Shown here one piece after another: positions 1 through 9,556 of a stretch of 64,000 nucleotides of DNA. The notes under the pieces are model-generated. The model was given only the letters and a program-made list of their open reading frames with translations. It searched no databases and was not told where the DNA came from. This DNA comes from an uncultured Bacteroidia bacterium. Lineage in GTDB: Bacteria; Bacteroidota; Bacteroidia; Bacteroidales; UBA932. Made by a program: the position numbers and the translations under genes. How positions within the stretch are numbered: position 1 is the stretch's first letter; each line of letters opens with the position of its first letter. Location of the stretch: the NCBI GenBank assembly GCA_902784965.1, contig CACZWU010000014.1, forward strand, positions 2,885 through 66,884, in the 5' to 3' direction.

Positions 1-470
1 GCCGTGTTCTTGTTGCGCAGGTCCTTGTGCTTGGCCATCAGCGCCACGTCGTAGGTGGCATCGAGGCCCAGCGACCATCCACCGCCGACCGGCAGGCCTA
101 CGCCTGCCTCCATGGAATAACGCTCCAGCGAAATGGATCCGGGAATGGAGTCGGCCAGCATAAACGGCGTCTCATAAGGGTCGATCCAGCCCCGCCAGGT
201 CACATCCTGGCCATAGGCATAACCGTAGCCGAAACGGCCGTAGGTATGCACCTGGCCGAGGGTCCGCTGGGCCTGGGCTCCCAACACGCCGCCGATCTCC
301 CGCTTCGCATCGAAAATATCCCGCAACGATCCCGCCTGGCCCGCCACGCCCAGCGCCACGTCGACGTACGACGTGTCGGCCGTCACCAGCCGTGCCGCAT
401 TGTGCTCCTGCGCAACCGCCGTGGCCACCGACGCCACCCACAAACCGAATATCAGCCACCTCCTCATCAT
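1..470 (-). CDS. Outer-membrane beta-barrel protein, N-terminal part (the gene runs off the left edge). It resembles the DUF6850-type barrel that usually follows DUF4876 lipoproteins.
   Basis: It is absent from the ORF track because no stop codon lies in the window. The reverse complement of 421-470 reads ATGATGAGGAGGTGG = MMRRWLIFGLWVASVATAVAQEHNAARL, which is a signal peptide. The frame stays open to position 1 (..YGRFGYGYAYGQDVTWRGWIDPYETPFMLADS..). The ATG overlaps the stop of the upstream gene. The family name is from memory. Confidence 0.6.
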   Translation of the reverse strand, partial: MMRRWLIFGLWVASVATAVAQEHNAARLVTADTSYVDVALGVAGQAGSLRDIFDAKREIGGVLGAQAQRTLGQVHTYGRFGYGYAYGQDVTWRGWIDPYETPFMLADSIPGSISLERYSMEAGVGLPVGGGWSLGLDATYDVALMAKHKDLRNKNT

Positions 471-1663
471 CTCAATCTGGGTTGTGGATCGCTGTCGGGA
501 ATGAAATCAGCGTCCGAATTGTTCGTATCCATGAAAACCTCCACGCCTTCCGCCACGAAATCGAGCCGGCGCGTGATGCATTTGCCCGAATAGTGCGCCG
601 AACGCATCCAGACGTACGATGCATCGACGGTCCCGGGCAGCCGCTTGATGGCCGACGACGGCGAATCCACGCACTCCACTCCGTCGAGGATCCAGTCCTT
701 GGCAATGTGCCAGTATTTCGTGCCCGAACTCTTGCCCGGCTCATACCGCTCCCAGAGCGCCGCCTGCGACTGCCAGGCCGCCACCCCCATCGCGGGCTGG
801 AAGACCACCAGCGCCGGACTGTGGATCGACAGCGCCCAGGCCGTGCCCTGCCCCGTCATGTTGAGCACCATCGGCACCACCCCCGCTGCAATCTCATGCC
901 GCGAGAGCGTCTCCGACCAGCAGCCGAAATGCGCCCGGTTCAGCTGCAGCGCCGACGTGGCGCGGCCCTTGTGGTCGACCGCCGCGATGCAGGCCACCAC
1001 GGCCGATTCGCCCGGCTTCACGGCGTAGGTGTGTCCGTCGCCCGGGAACATCCAGTACATCTGCGCGATGGCAATCGTGTCGCGGCCGGACCAGGCATTG
1101 TTGCCCGTGGTCGAGTTGTAGGGATAGATGGCCGCCAGGCAGAGCGAATCGAGCCAGACGGTCTGCCCGCCCGGACCCGCGTTGTTATAGAGTTCGATGT
1201 AGGTATCTTTCGTGTAGTTGGCCCCCTCCAGCGTTGCGGAGCCGTGATAGTAGGCCTCCCGGATGATCAGCGGATTGGGGATGGCCACGTGCAGCAGCAG
1301 CTCCAGCTGCGGCGCGTGCGACGCTCCCTGAGCGTCGACCATCCCGTCGGTCGTCAGCAGGAATTCCTCGCTGGCACCGTTCACCGCGATGCGGGTGACG
1401 GGGAACCAGCCGGACGCCATGACGTCGTATTTGCCGGGGGCTACCGCGAAGGTCACCCGCCCGGAGGCATCGGGACGCTCTGAATAGCGGAACTCCGCCT
1501 CTTTGTTCTGGAGCCGTACCTCCAGCTGCTCCAGGTCGATGCCGGCCTCCGGATGATCGAGCCTGAGCTGCACGGTGAGCGTGACCACGGCGGGCCGCTC
1601 CTGGTAGCAAGATCCCGCGACCAGCAGCAACAAAGCGCACAGTATCAGAGAGATTCGTTTCAT
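467..1663 (-). CDS. Lipoprotein, DUF4876-like (lamin-tail-like segment EAYYHGSATLEGANYTKDTYIELYNN)
   Basis: 398-aa ORF with an ATG start. The lipoprotein signal is MKRISLILCALLLLVAGSC. It lies 3 nt downstream of the TonB-dependent receptor on the same strand. Confidence 0.7.
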   Translation of the reverse strand: MKRISLILCALLLLVAGSCYQERPAVVTLTVQLRLDHPEAGIDLEQLEVRLQNKEAEFRYSERPDASGRVTFAVAPGKYDVMASGWFPVTRIAVNGASEEFLLTTDGMVDAQGASHAPQLELLLHVAIPNPLIIREAYYHGSATLEGANYTKDTYIELYNNAGPGGQTVWLDSLCLAAIYPYNSTTGNNAWSGRDTIAIAQMYWMFPGDGHTYAVKPGESAVVACIAAVDHKGRATSALQLNRAHFGCWSETLSRHEIAAGVVPMVLNMTGQGTAWALSIHSPALVVFQPAMGVAAWQSQAALWERYEPGKSSGTKYWHIAKDWILDGVECVDSPSSAIKRLPGTVDASYVWMRSAHYSGKCITRRLDFVAEGVEVFMDTNNSDADFIPDSDPQPRLR

Positions 1664-1665
1664 GC

Positions 1666-4527
1666 TCAGCGGATCGAGATTTTGACTTCCGCCCCGAAAT
1701 AGAGCGGCGTGTTGCGATCGGAAGGGTAATGCGTCACGCTGTTGCGCACGCGTCCCCGCAGGTTCAGGAAGTTATTGGCATAGAACGAGATGGTGGCCCA
1801 GCGGCCGATCTCTTTCGAGAGCCGCAGGTTGAGCATCCCGTAGAACGGATAGGACTGCCGGACATAGTAGTTGCCCGTATTGGTGCTCAGGATCAGGTTG
1901 CGGTACTGCGGATCGTCCCGCATCTGGGTCGTGAAGGGCTGGACGCGGCCCGCGCGGTCCATGAGGTAGAGCGGGGCCACATGCCCCGTGCCGTCGGCGT
2001 CGAACCAGGCCAGGTCCTGGCCGTCGAAGCGGCAGAGGTTACGCGATGACTCGAGGAACACCATCTGGGCGGTAAGGGTCACCACCATGGCCAGCTGCGG
2101 GATGTGGGTGATAAAGCGGACGTTGGTGCTGATGCGGTCCTTCTCGGAACCGTTGGACGTGGTGGCGGAGCCGCCGTAGATGCCCACCCAGGGGTAGGTG
2201 CGTCCGCTCGACGTGCCGGCGTAGAGTCGCTGCGCGTAGGCGGTGTTGAGCGTGGTCATGTGCATCCACGCGCCACTCACGTTGATGGAGGTGCCGATGG
2301 CGGGAATCCTGGCCACGTCGAAGGTCCATTCCACGCCCCACTTGTCGAGCGACACGCCGTTGACGGGGCGCGAGAAGGCCATAAAGGTGGTGTCGGTAAT
2401 GGATGGAAGCTCCCGGCCGTCCATGGTCACACTGCCGGTGTGCCAGGCCAGGTCGGCGCCCGACGGAAGCACGATCTGCGAAGGCGTATCGCCGTTCCAG
2501 GTATAACCGTAGCGGCGGTAGACCATGGGCACGTATTCCGTGGCGAAACCATAACCATCGGTCATCTTCTCGTAGAAGCCCACCAGCGAGCCGCTGAAAC
2601 GGTCGGTCTCGAACTCGAGGCCCGCCTCGGCGTTGCGGCTCCGCTGCAGGCGGAGGGTCTCTCTGGTGGTCTCCTGGCGTTGCGTCGTGATGACGGCCAG
2701 GCCCGTGCCGGAAGCGTCGAAGTCGTTGTAGTAGAACGACACCATGTCCTTATAGGCCGGCTCTGGATAGAGATAGACCATCGAAGGCATCTTGCCCGTG
2801 ATGCCCCAGCCGCCGCGGACCACGAGTTCCCGCAGGCCTTCGGGGCGCTTGACCAGGGTATAGCGCACGTTGATGCGCGGCTCCACGCTGAGGAACGCGT
2901 TGGTGGCGATGCCCCGGGCCAGGATGGTGTTCACGCGCGCACCGGCCTGGACCTCGAGCTCCGAACCGCCCAGCGGCACTTTGAAGTTGTCTTCCAGATA
3001 GCCCGTGAGGGCGTGCAGGAAGGGAATGTCGCGGTAGGAGCGCTCGCGGAAAGCCGAAGCGGACCCGGGCGAAGGCGGCAACGTGGGATCGAAGACCTTG
3101 CCCCGGCCGACATTGCCCTGGCTCTTCCACTCGAAACCGGCCAGCACCTTGTTGGTCACGGTGCCGTAACGGCCCATCTGGTGGGCGGTCAGCCGGGCCT
3201 GCGCGTCGACGGGCCGGCCGAACACCTGTACGTCGGAATAATACTGGGCCGGGGTGAAGAAGGCCTGGTTCTCGCCGTCGCTCATCGCCGCGGAAGTGGG
3301 CGTACGGCCCGCCGAGCCCTGGTACACGCGGCTGCGCGAGAACTGGTCGGTGATGCTGCCCGCCACCAGGTATTCCACATTGGTCAGCCACGGCTTGTTG
3401 ACGATCCAGCGGCCGTTGACGTTGAGCCGCAGGCCACGGTCGCGTTCCTGCGTGAGCTCGTCGAGCAGCAGGTCGGGATCGCTCGCATTGGTGGCATTCG
3501 ACCAGTTTCCGCGGAGTTTTGCGTTGATGGTCAATACTTTGCGGATATTGCCCGACCATCCTGCCTGGAAATTGATGCGGTTGTAGGCCGAAGCGGGCGT
3601 ACGCACGTCGCTGTAGGCGTGGGCATAGTCGGCATCGAAGTTCAGCACGCCGGCCTTTTCGCCCAGCTGGAAGCCCTTTCCGAAGGAAATCTGCTTGAGT
3701 TGCGGGTCGGCCTTGAGCCGGATCTCCCACGGCGTGACGCCGGCCTTGGTCTTCACCACCACGGCGCCGGAGGTCAGGTCGCCGTAGACCACCGACGGGA
3801 TGCCGCGGATGACCTCCACCGACTCGATGTTGTCGGTCGACACCTGGCGCGAGTCGACCCCACCGCCGGCCGTGGAGGCCGCGTTGCCCTGGCCATCACC
3901 CATGGCCGTGCCTGTCGAGAGCATCTGCAGGTTGGCGTCGTTCGAGAACGCGGCGCCGTCGACGATGAGCGCCGTGCCGGCCACGTTGGCGGCGTTGGTG
4001 CCGATGTCGCGGATGGAGAGCGAACCCACCTGTGTCAGCGAGGGGTTCTCGGTGACGCTGCCGGGCAGCAGCTGCATCACGTCGCGCAGGCTGGAGGGCT
4101 GGATGTGCTCGAGCGTCTGCTTGGAAATCTTCGAGGAGCTGGTGATCTCCCCGCCTTCCCTGGCGGTCACTACCACGGCATCGAGGGTCAGGCTCGACAC
4201 GGCCAGCTCCAGCTTCAGCCGGGCGATGTCGCCCTTGACGTCGAGGGGATATTTCAGTGTCTCGTAGCCCAGGAGTGAAACCTCCAATTCCTGCCTGCCC
4301 GAGGGCACTTTCGTCAGTTCGAAGCGCCCTTCGGCATCGGTCACGGCCCAGAGGCCGAGTTCCTCGATGACGACGGAAGCCATGACCACCGGTTCGCCCG
4401 TGCCGCGCTCGACCACCTGTCCCGCCACCTTGTAGCGGGAAGGGGTCTGCGCAACAGCGAAACTGCCTGCCAGCAAAGTGGCAAGCAGTATCACGAAGCG
4501 GAGCCGGAGGGGACTTCCGCCAGACAT
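1666..4527 (-). CDS. TonB-dependent receptor with an N-terminal carboxypeptidase-regulatory-like domain
   Basis: 953 aa with a signal peptide. The CarbopepD-like segment is YKVAGQVVERGTGEPVVMASVVIEE..TDAEGRFELTKVPSGRQELEVSLLGYE. It also has a plug region and a C-terminal barrel ending ..YFGAEVKISIR. Confidence 0.9.
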   Translation of the reverse strand: MSGGSPLRLRFVILLATLLAGSFAVAQTPSRYKVAGQVVERGTGEPVVMASVVIEELGLWAVTDAEGRFELTKVPSGRQELEVSLLGYETLKYPLDVKGDIARLKLELAVSSLTLDAVVVTAREGGEITSSSKISKQTLEHIQPSSLRDVMQLLPGSVTENPSLTQVGSLSIRDIGTNAANVAGTALIVDGAAFSNDANLQMLSTGTAMGDGQGNAASTAGGGVDSRQVSTDNIESVEVIRGIPSVVYGDLTSGAVVVKTKAGVTPWEIRLKADPQLKQISFGKGFQLGEKAGVLNFDADYAHAYSDVRTPASAYNRINFQAGWSGNIRKVLTINAKLRGNWSNATNASDPDLLLDELTQERDRGLRLNVNGRWIVNKPWLTNVEYLVAGSITDQFSRSRVYQGSAGRTPTSAAMSDGENQAFFTPAQYYSDVQVFGRPVDAQARLTAHQMGRYGTVTNKVLAGFEWKSQGNVGRGKVFDPTLPPSPGSASAFRERSYRDIPFLHALTGYLEDNFKVPLGGSELEVQAGARVNTILARGIATNAFLSVEPRINVRYTLVKRPEGLRELVVRGGWGITGKMPSMVYLYPEPAYKDMVSFYYNDFDASGTGLAVITTQRQETTRETLRLQRSRNAEAGLEFETDRFSGSLVGFYEKMTDGYGFATEYVPMVYRRYGYTWNGDTPSQIVLPSGADLAWHTGSVTMDGRELPSITDTTFMAFSRPVNGVSLDKWGVEWTFDVARIPAIGTSINVSGAWMHMTTLNTAYAQRLYAGTSSGRTYPWVGIYGGSATTSNGSEKDRISTNVRFITHIPQLAMVVTLTAQMVFLESSRNLCRFDGQDLAWFDADGTGHVAPLYLMDRAGRVQPFTTQMRDDPQYRNLILSTNTGNYYVRQSYPFYGMLNLRLSKEIGRWATISFYANNFLNLRGRVRNSVTHYPSDRNTPLYFGAEVKISIR

Positions 4528-4529
4528 TC

Positions 4530-5900
4530 CTAGTTGTTCTTCACGCAGCGGACCGAGACGCCGTTGCGGTAGTTGTTCCAGGCGCCGTTGTAAGTGCCCG
4601 TGTTCATGTTCGGCATCAGGGCCACGAACTGGACGTTCTTGAGCGAGCCGTCGTCGTTGGTGGTGACCTGGTGCACGGTGGAGCCGGCGAGGTAGCCGGT
4701 GTTCATGCCCCCCTGGTAGGCCTTGATGGCACCCATCGTCGTACCGGTGGTGGCAGCGGCGTTGGACACGGAGACGGCACCCCAGGCACCGGCGTTGAAG
4801 CCGGCTGCGTTGAGCAGGGCGGCGCTGCCGTTACCTCCGTTCAGCTCGACATCGAAATACGGGGCGTTGGGGTTGGTGTCGTTCTTGTCGGCCGTCTTGC
4901 CCACCAGGGCGATGATATCGGCCTTGGTCGGGATGTGCCAGCCCTCCGGGCAGATGCCCTGCACGCCTTCGAACGAAGCGGCGTTCTCGACCGTGATGTC
5001 GCCCGGCTTCACGCCCAGGGCCACTTCGGTAGAGTAGAGATAGCCGTTGGCCAGGATGTCTTCCGCAGCGGTGCTGAACTTCACAGTCGCCTTGTCGGCG
5101 GTGAGTTCGTCGATCACGAGCGGATACCAGAAGCCGTTGGTCACGGCATTCTTGTCGCTCGACGGCGTCATGCCGGCAGGGACATAACGGAGGTTCTCAG
5201 TCATCCACCATTTGCCGTCGTCCATCTTCACGGCGTGATAGATCTCACCCCCGTAAGTCACCAGGCCGCCTGCCTGGGCCGTGCCGAAGTCCTCGCTGAC
5301 GCCACCGGCGGAAGTCAGGCAGGTGAGCGTAAACTTGATGGTGCGACCTTCAAAGTCGGGGCAGGCCGGGACGATGGCCGTTGCGATGAAAGTGCCCTTC
5401 GAACCGGACGTCTGGTCCAGCGTCACGTCGGACTGGTTGCACGTGAGCGTCCAGGCGGCGTTGGCCGTGAACTCGATGATGATCAGGCCGCCCTCTGCGT
5501 CGAAAACTTTATTCTCGCGTGGCGGGTTGTATTCAAGGCTCTCGATATGCACATGCCCCACGGGGCAGGTCTGCCTGAGGGAAAACGTCTGGGTCATGGA
5601 GCGGTCGTGGCTCGTGCAGACCACGGCCACCCTCGCACTCCGGGTGGAGGAAGTTTCATTGGGCTTGAGGGTGACGGTGATCATGCCGTCGCCGGCGCCG
5701 TCCATCGGGGACACGCTGTAAAAATCACCCGAATCGTCCACGAGGACATGCCACTCGTTGTTGGCGGTCACCATAATGGTCTGGCTACCACCCTGGTCAT
5801 CGAATTCCAAATCCGTCTTGCTGAGCGAAAGGACGGGGTCGGGCTGGCAGGCCGTCAAAAGGGCCAGGCCCACCGTCAGGAATGCAAGAAAATTCTTCAT
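4530..5900 (-). CDS. Lipoprotein with N-terminal BACON-like repeats and a C-terminal FISUMP (Fibrobacter succinogenes major paralogous, TIGR02145-type) domain
   Basis: The signal/lipobox is MKNFLAFLTVGLALLTAC. FISUMP hallmarks are GKWWMTENLRYVP, CPEGWHIPTKADIIAL and the C-terminal NGVSVRCVKNN. Confidence 0.85.
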   Translation of the reverse strand: MKNFLAFLTVGLALLTACQPDPVLSLSKTDLEFDDQGGSQTIMVTANNEWHVLVDDSGDFYSVSPMDGAGDGMITVTLKPNETSSTRSARVAVVCTSHDRSMTQTFSLRQTCPVGHVHIESLEYNPPRENKVFDAEGGLIIIEFTANAAWTLTCNQSDVTLDQTSGSKGTFIATAIVPACPDFEGRTIKFTLTCLTSAGGVSEDFGTAQAGGLVTYGGEIYHAVKMDDGKWWMTENLRYVPAGMTPSSDKNAVTNGFWYPLVIDELTADKATVKFSTAAEDILANGYLYSTEVALGVKPGDITVENAASFEGVQGICPEGWHIPTKADIIALVGKTADKNDTNPNAPYFDVELNGGNGSAALLNAAGFNAGAWGAVSVSNAAATTGTTMGAIKAYQGGMNTGYLAGSTVHQVTTNDDGSLKNVQFVALMPNMNTGTYNGAWNNYRNGVSVRCVKNN

Positions 5901-5911
5901 ATGCAGTATTT

Positions 5912-6538
5912 TTAAAATAATATATCAGTTTGGAGGACGGTCAAGGCGACATGGACGGAAGGGTCGCTCTTGAGGGCCAGATGGAGCGTCAGGGTCTGCT
6001 CTTCTTCGCTGGGCGGAATCTGCAGGAAAACGTCCATGCGGTTGGGGCCGCCTTCCATGGGCTCGATCCCGAAGGGATAGCTGCCGCCATCCAGGGGCTG
6101 TACCTGCCATGCTTCGCTGGAATTGACGGAGAACGACACCACGCCGCCTTCCAGGTCGATGGACTTGACCGGCTCCTCGCAGAAGAGGAAAGGATGGCAG
6201 GCCTGCGTGACCACCACGTTCGCATAGCGGTTCAGCCCGTCGTACGACGAGGTGAAACGGAGGCGGATGGCCTTGGTGTACCTTTCCGGGTTCTCTGCCA
6301 CCTCGATGTGGATCGGGCAGGTGTAATCGCCCGATGAGGGCGTCACCGTGGCGGCGTCATCCGATATCTCGCACGTCCAGACACCGTTGGTGAAAAGCAT
6401 CTCGTCGAACGTGCCGCCGTCGGCATCACACACGAAGGTGTAGAATTCCGGCGTGAGATAGAAGTTGGTTTCCTGTTCGCAGGATCCGGCCGTCAGGCCC
6501 GTCAGACAGAGGAGAACAATGAGCAGATAACGTTTCAT
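5912..6538 (-). CDS. BACON-like lipoprotein, first gene of the receptor operon
   Basis: 208 aa. The lipoprotein signal is MKRYLLIVLLCLTGLTAGSC. It has two Ig-like repeats with a BACON-type pattern (..VVVTQAC.., ..ALTVLQ). Confidence 0.7.
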   Translation of the reverse strand: MKRYLLIVLLCLTGLTAGSCEQETNFYLTPEFYTFVCDADGGTFDEMLFTNGVWTCEISDDAATVTPSSGDYTCPIHIEVAENPERYTKAIRLRFTSSYDGLNRYANVVVTQACHPFLFCEEPVKSIDLEGGVVSFSVNSSEAWQVQPLDGGSYPFGIEPMEGGPNRMDVFLQIPPSEEEQTLTLHLALKSDPSVHVALTVLQTDILF

Positions 6539-6583
6539 GGCGCAAAATTATCAATTTTTTTTCATACCTTCGCATCCCAAATA

Positions 6584-6943
6584 ATGATGATTCTTCGCAA
6601 AATATATACCCTGCTTGTTTCCGCGCTGCTGGTGGTCGTGGCCATCGCCCAGTTCACGGGCTGCGAGAAATACGTGCTGCCCGCCATCAGCGTCACGCCC
6701 GACACCCTGCGTTTCAGCGCCCTGGCCGACTCGGCCGACGTGTGGCTCTCGACCAACGTCATCTGCAAGCCCGAGGTAGAAGCTTCGTTTTGGCTCACTG
6801 TCTGGCCGGAATGGTTCGACGAAAGCAGCACGATGACGGTGTTCGTACGCGAAAATACCGATTCGCTTTCGCGAACCGGTATCATCTATATCACGTCGGA
6901 AGCCCTCCAGAAGAAGATCGTCGTGATCCAGGAAGGGCTTTAA
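6584..6943 (+). CDS. Small BACON-like lipoprotein
   Basis: 119 aa with an ATG start. The signal plus Cys is ..VVVAIAQFTGC, and the BACON-like pattern is ISVTPDTLRFSALADSADVWLSTN...RTGIIYITSEALQKKIVVIQEG. It is divergent from the receptor operon. Confidence 0.6.
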   Translation: MMILRKIYTLLVSALLVVVAIAQFTGCEKYVLPAISVTPDTLRFSALADSADVWLSTNVICKPEVEASFWLTVWPEWFDESSTMTVFVRENTDSLSRTGIIYITSEALQKKIVVIQEGL

Positions 6944-6947
6944 CCTT

Positions 6948-8606
6948 CTATTTCTTGATCTCCATCACCTTGCCGTGGTCGTTGACAACGGAGCGGAGCC
7001 AGCGTTCCCGGAACTTGGGATGCATCGGGCTCTCCGGAATGTTCTTGCCGGAGCCATTGTCCTGGAAGGAGCCGTCTTCGTTCTGCCGTTTCACGTTGCC
7101 GTCCATGTATTTTACCAACAAATAGTTACCCAGGTCGGTCCAGCGGTCGAACAACTCCTGGGAACGCCGTTCGCAGAAAGCTGTCAGCATGGCGATGGCC
7201 TGGCGGCAGTTGCCGCCCTGGAGCATCTTCAGGGCACGGGCGTCGACCTGCGCCACCAACTCGAGGTTCTCATTCTCATATTGGTCGGCGGCGGCACGGA
7301 TCTCCGGCTGGGCCCGGTCGTAGAACAGGTAGGCGAAATGCGCCACCCGGTTGAAGAGCCAGAAGGCCGAGGTGGGGCTGTATTCGAGCATCGAGCCATT
7401 GCCCTCGCGGAAGCATTCCGGCACGGCGCTGACGTTGGTGTAGATGGGGGTCAGGGCACTGGTGGCGGCATCGTCGACGCCGAACCAGAGCAGGCCGCCC
7501 ACCTCATCGGGCAGCCAGCCGCGGGCCTGGCCCAGGTACCAGAAGCCCGTCTGCTGCGTGGCGATCGAGCGCTCGAACAGGTATTCCTTGCCGTCGAGCT
7601 CGAAGCTCATCGGGCGCCAGCGGTAGGGCAGGCGGCTGGGGCCGGCCCCGGCATCCTCGCTGAAATCGAAGGGCGTGCCTTCGTAGTGGTCGCGCATCAC
7701 GTCGGCCAGGGCCTTGACCGTCACCTTCTGCTCGGGCTTGATGTAGAGCGGCATCTTGTTGGCCGGGTTCTCGCCCGAGGCAAAATCGACGTACTTGTCG
7801 GCATCGAAGCCGTTTCCGCCCAGCAGGCGGAAAGCCGACCACACGCGGGCCTCACAACCGCGGAGGCCACCCCAGTCAGCGGGGCAGTAGGCATCGCAGA
7901 AGCTGAATTCCGCATCGCTGCCCGTGAAGAAGCCCTTCTCCCGGGCAAACGAGATGACGTCGGGCGCATAGAGGCAGTTCTCGGGGTCGTTGAGCGGGAA
8001 ATGATGGATGCGGCTCTGGTTGGCGTGGCCCGAGATGTAGCCGTCGGGGATGCGGACGGCCACCCACACGGCGCCTTTCTGCTCGCCCTTGCCCACGATC
8101 TCGAAGATCCAGCACTCGTCCTTGTCGGCAATCGAGAAACTCTCGCCTTCCGAAGGGTAGCCATAGGTCTGCACGAGCTCGTCCATGATCCGGATGGCTT
8201 CGCGGGCCGTGCGGGCACGCTGCAACGTCACGTAGATCAGCGAACCGTAGTCCATGATGCCGTCTTTGTTCTCCAGGTTCGGGCGGCCGCCGAAGGTGGT
8301 CTCCATGATGATGAGCTGGTGTTCATTCATGTTGCCCACTGTCTGCCAGGTGTGGGGCACCTGGGCGATCTTGCCGCGGTAGAAACCGCTGTCCCAGTCG
8401 TAGATGTCGAGCATCGCGCCGGCCGGATGGTCGGCGGCGGGACGGAAATACAGTTCACCGAAGAGCTGGTGGGAATCGGCGGCGTAGGTCACCATGCAGG
8501 AACCGTCGGCCGAGGCTCCCTTGGTCACGATGACGTTGGTGCAGGCGTCTGCGGCGGGGCGTGCAAACAGCAGGAGGCAGGCCGCAAGGGCGAGGATACG
8601 TTTCAT
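6948..8606 (-). CDS. C69-family dipeptidase (Ntn-hydrolase type)
   Basis: The signal peptide MKRILALAACLLLFARPAADA is followed directly by the catalytic Cys motif CTNVIVTKGASADGS. I chose the start at the internal ATG (8606) rather than the longest ORF start (8699). Confidence 0.9.
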   Translation of the reverse strand: MKRILALAACLLLFARPAADACTNVIVTKGASADGSCMVTYAADSHQLFGELYFRPAADHPAGAMLDIYDWDSGFYRGKIAQVPHTWQTVGNMNEHQLIIMETTFGGRPNLENKDGIMDYGSLIYVTLQRARTAREAIRIMDELVQTYGYPSEGESFSIADKDECWIFEIVGKGEQKGAVWVAVRIPDGYISGHANQSRIHHFPLNDPENCLYAPDVISFAREKGFFTGSDAEFSFCDAYCPADWGGLRGCEARVWSAFRLLGGNGFDADKYVDFASGENPANKMPLYIKPEQKVTVKALADVMRDHYEGTPFDFSEDAGAGPSRLPYRWRPMSFELDGKEYLFERSIATQQTGFWYLGQARGWLPDEVGGLLWFGVDDAATSALTPIYTNVSAVPECFREGNGSMLEYSPTSAFWLFNRVAHFAYLFYDRAQPEIRAAADQYENENLELVAQVDARALKMLQGGNCRQAIAMLTAFCERRSQELFDRWTDLGNYLLVKYMDGNVKRQNEDGSFQDNGSGKNIPESPMHPKFRERWLRSVVNDHGKVMEIKK

Positions 8607-8674
8607 TCTGTCAGGATTTTGGTCTGTTTTTATTCCACGAAGATAAAAAAATAGCGCCTCTTTGCCAAAAGGAT

Positions 8675-9463
8675 TTACTTCGCGGAACGGACGAACCACG
8701 CGGGGTGGCAGGCGAAGTAGGGATCGCTGAAGAGGTAGGTCTGCTGGCGCTCGGCAGTGATGAAGATCTCGCCGCTCCAGATGTCGATGGTGCCATTCTG
8801 CAGGGCCGTTGAAATCTCAGCAAGAGTGAAGAGCGTGATGCTGCAAGGGCGGTTCTGCGCGGCGGCGAAACGTTCGAGCAGTTCAATCTCGAAACCGCGC
8901 CACTCGGTGTCGACCAGGAAGCACATCGGCGCGATACGCACGTTGACGCCTATTCTCAGTACGTTGCCGGTGGTCTTTTCTTCGATATCGGGCATCGGAA
9001 TGCTGTTGGGGTCGTTGCCGCTGAACCAGCGGTCGTACATCTCCTGATACTGTCCGTTGTTGCGGATTTCGGCCAGGAATCCGTTGAAGGCCGTTGCCAG
9101 TTCCTGGCTGTTTTTCCGGAATGCGAAACCGATGTCGAAGGTGCGCTCGTCGCGGAAGGCGATTTTCACGCCGTTGCGCGACAGATCGCTGGGAGAGATG
9201 GCGATTTCATCATCCTTGAAGGCGTCGATTTCACCGCGGACCAAAGCCGCCAGACAATCGACCGTGCTCTTGTAACGGACGACCCGGAAGTTGCGCTGTC
9301 CGGCCAGTTCCTCGTCGTAATAGCCGCCAGCCTCCACGCCGACGATCTTGCCCTTGAGATCTTCCTCTGACCTGATTTCCTTATCCGGATGAAGATATTC
9401 ACACGAAGCGAGGGCGATCAGGCCGCAGAGGATGAATGCGATGGTTACGAAGTATGATCTCAT
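8675..9463 (-). CDS. Family-3 solute-binding-protein-like lipoprotein with circularly permuted segment order
   Basis: The ATG at 9463 gives MRSYFVTIAFILCGLIALASC (lipobox). The first half, LKGKIVGVEAGG..ALVRGEIDAF..IGFAFRKNSQEL..NGQYQEMYDRWFSG, matches the usual C-terminal half of GlnH-type SBPs. The second half, LRIGVNV..GFEIELLERFA..ALQNGTIDIWSGEIFITAERQ..LFSDPYF, matches the usual N-terminal half. Confidence 0.8.
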   Translation of the reverse strand: MRSYFVTIAFILCGLIALASCEYLHPDKEIRSEEDLKGKIVGVEAGGYYDEELAGQRNFRVVRYKSTVDCLAALVRGEIDAFKDDEIAISPSDLSRNGVKIAFRDERTFDIGFAFRKNSQELATAFNGFLAEIRNNGQYQEMYDRWFSGNDPNSIPMPDIEEKTTGNVLRIGVNVRIAPMCFLVDTEWRGFEIELLERFAAAQNRPCSITLFTLAEISTALQNGTIDIWSGEIFITAERQQTYLFSDPYFACHPAWFVRSAK

Positions 9464-9544
9464 GGCGATGACGTTTATTTCGTATTGTTTCACAAAGATA
9501 CATTCGAAAACTTTTCTTGATTCGAGAAAAGATTATTTTTTCAC

Positions 9545-9552
9545 TATCTTTG
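9545..9552 (+). promoter_or_regulatory. Bacteroidota -7 promoter box, TATCTTTG
   Basis: It matches the TAnnTTTG consensus and lies 4 nt upstream of the ATG at 9557, which implies a near-leaderless mRNA. Confidence 0.4.
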
Positions 9553-9556
9553 TCTT

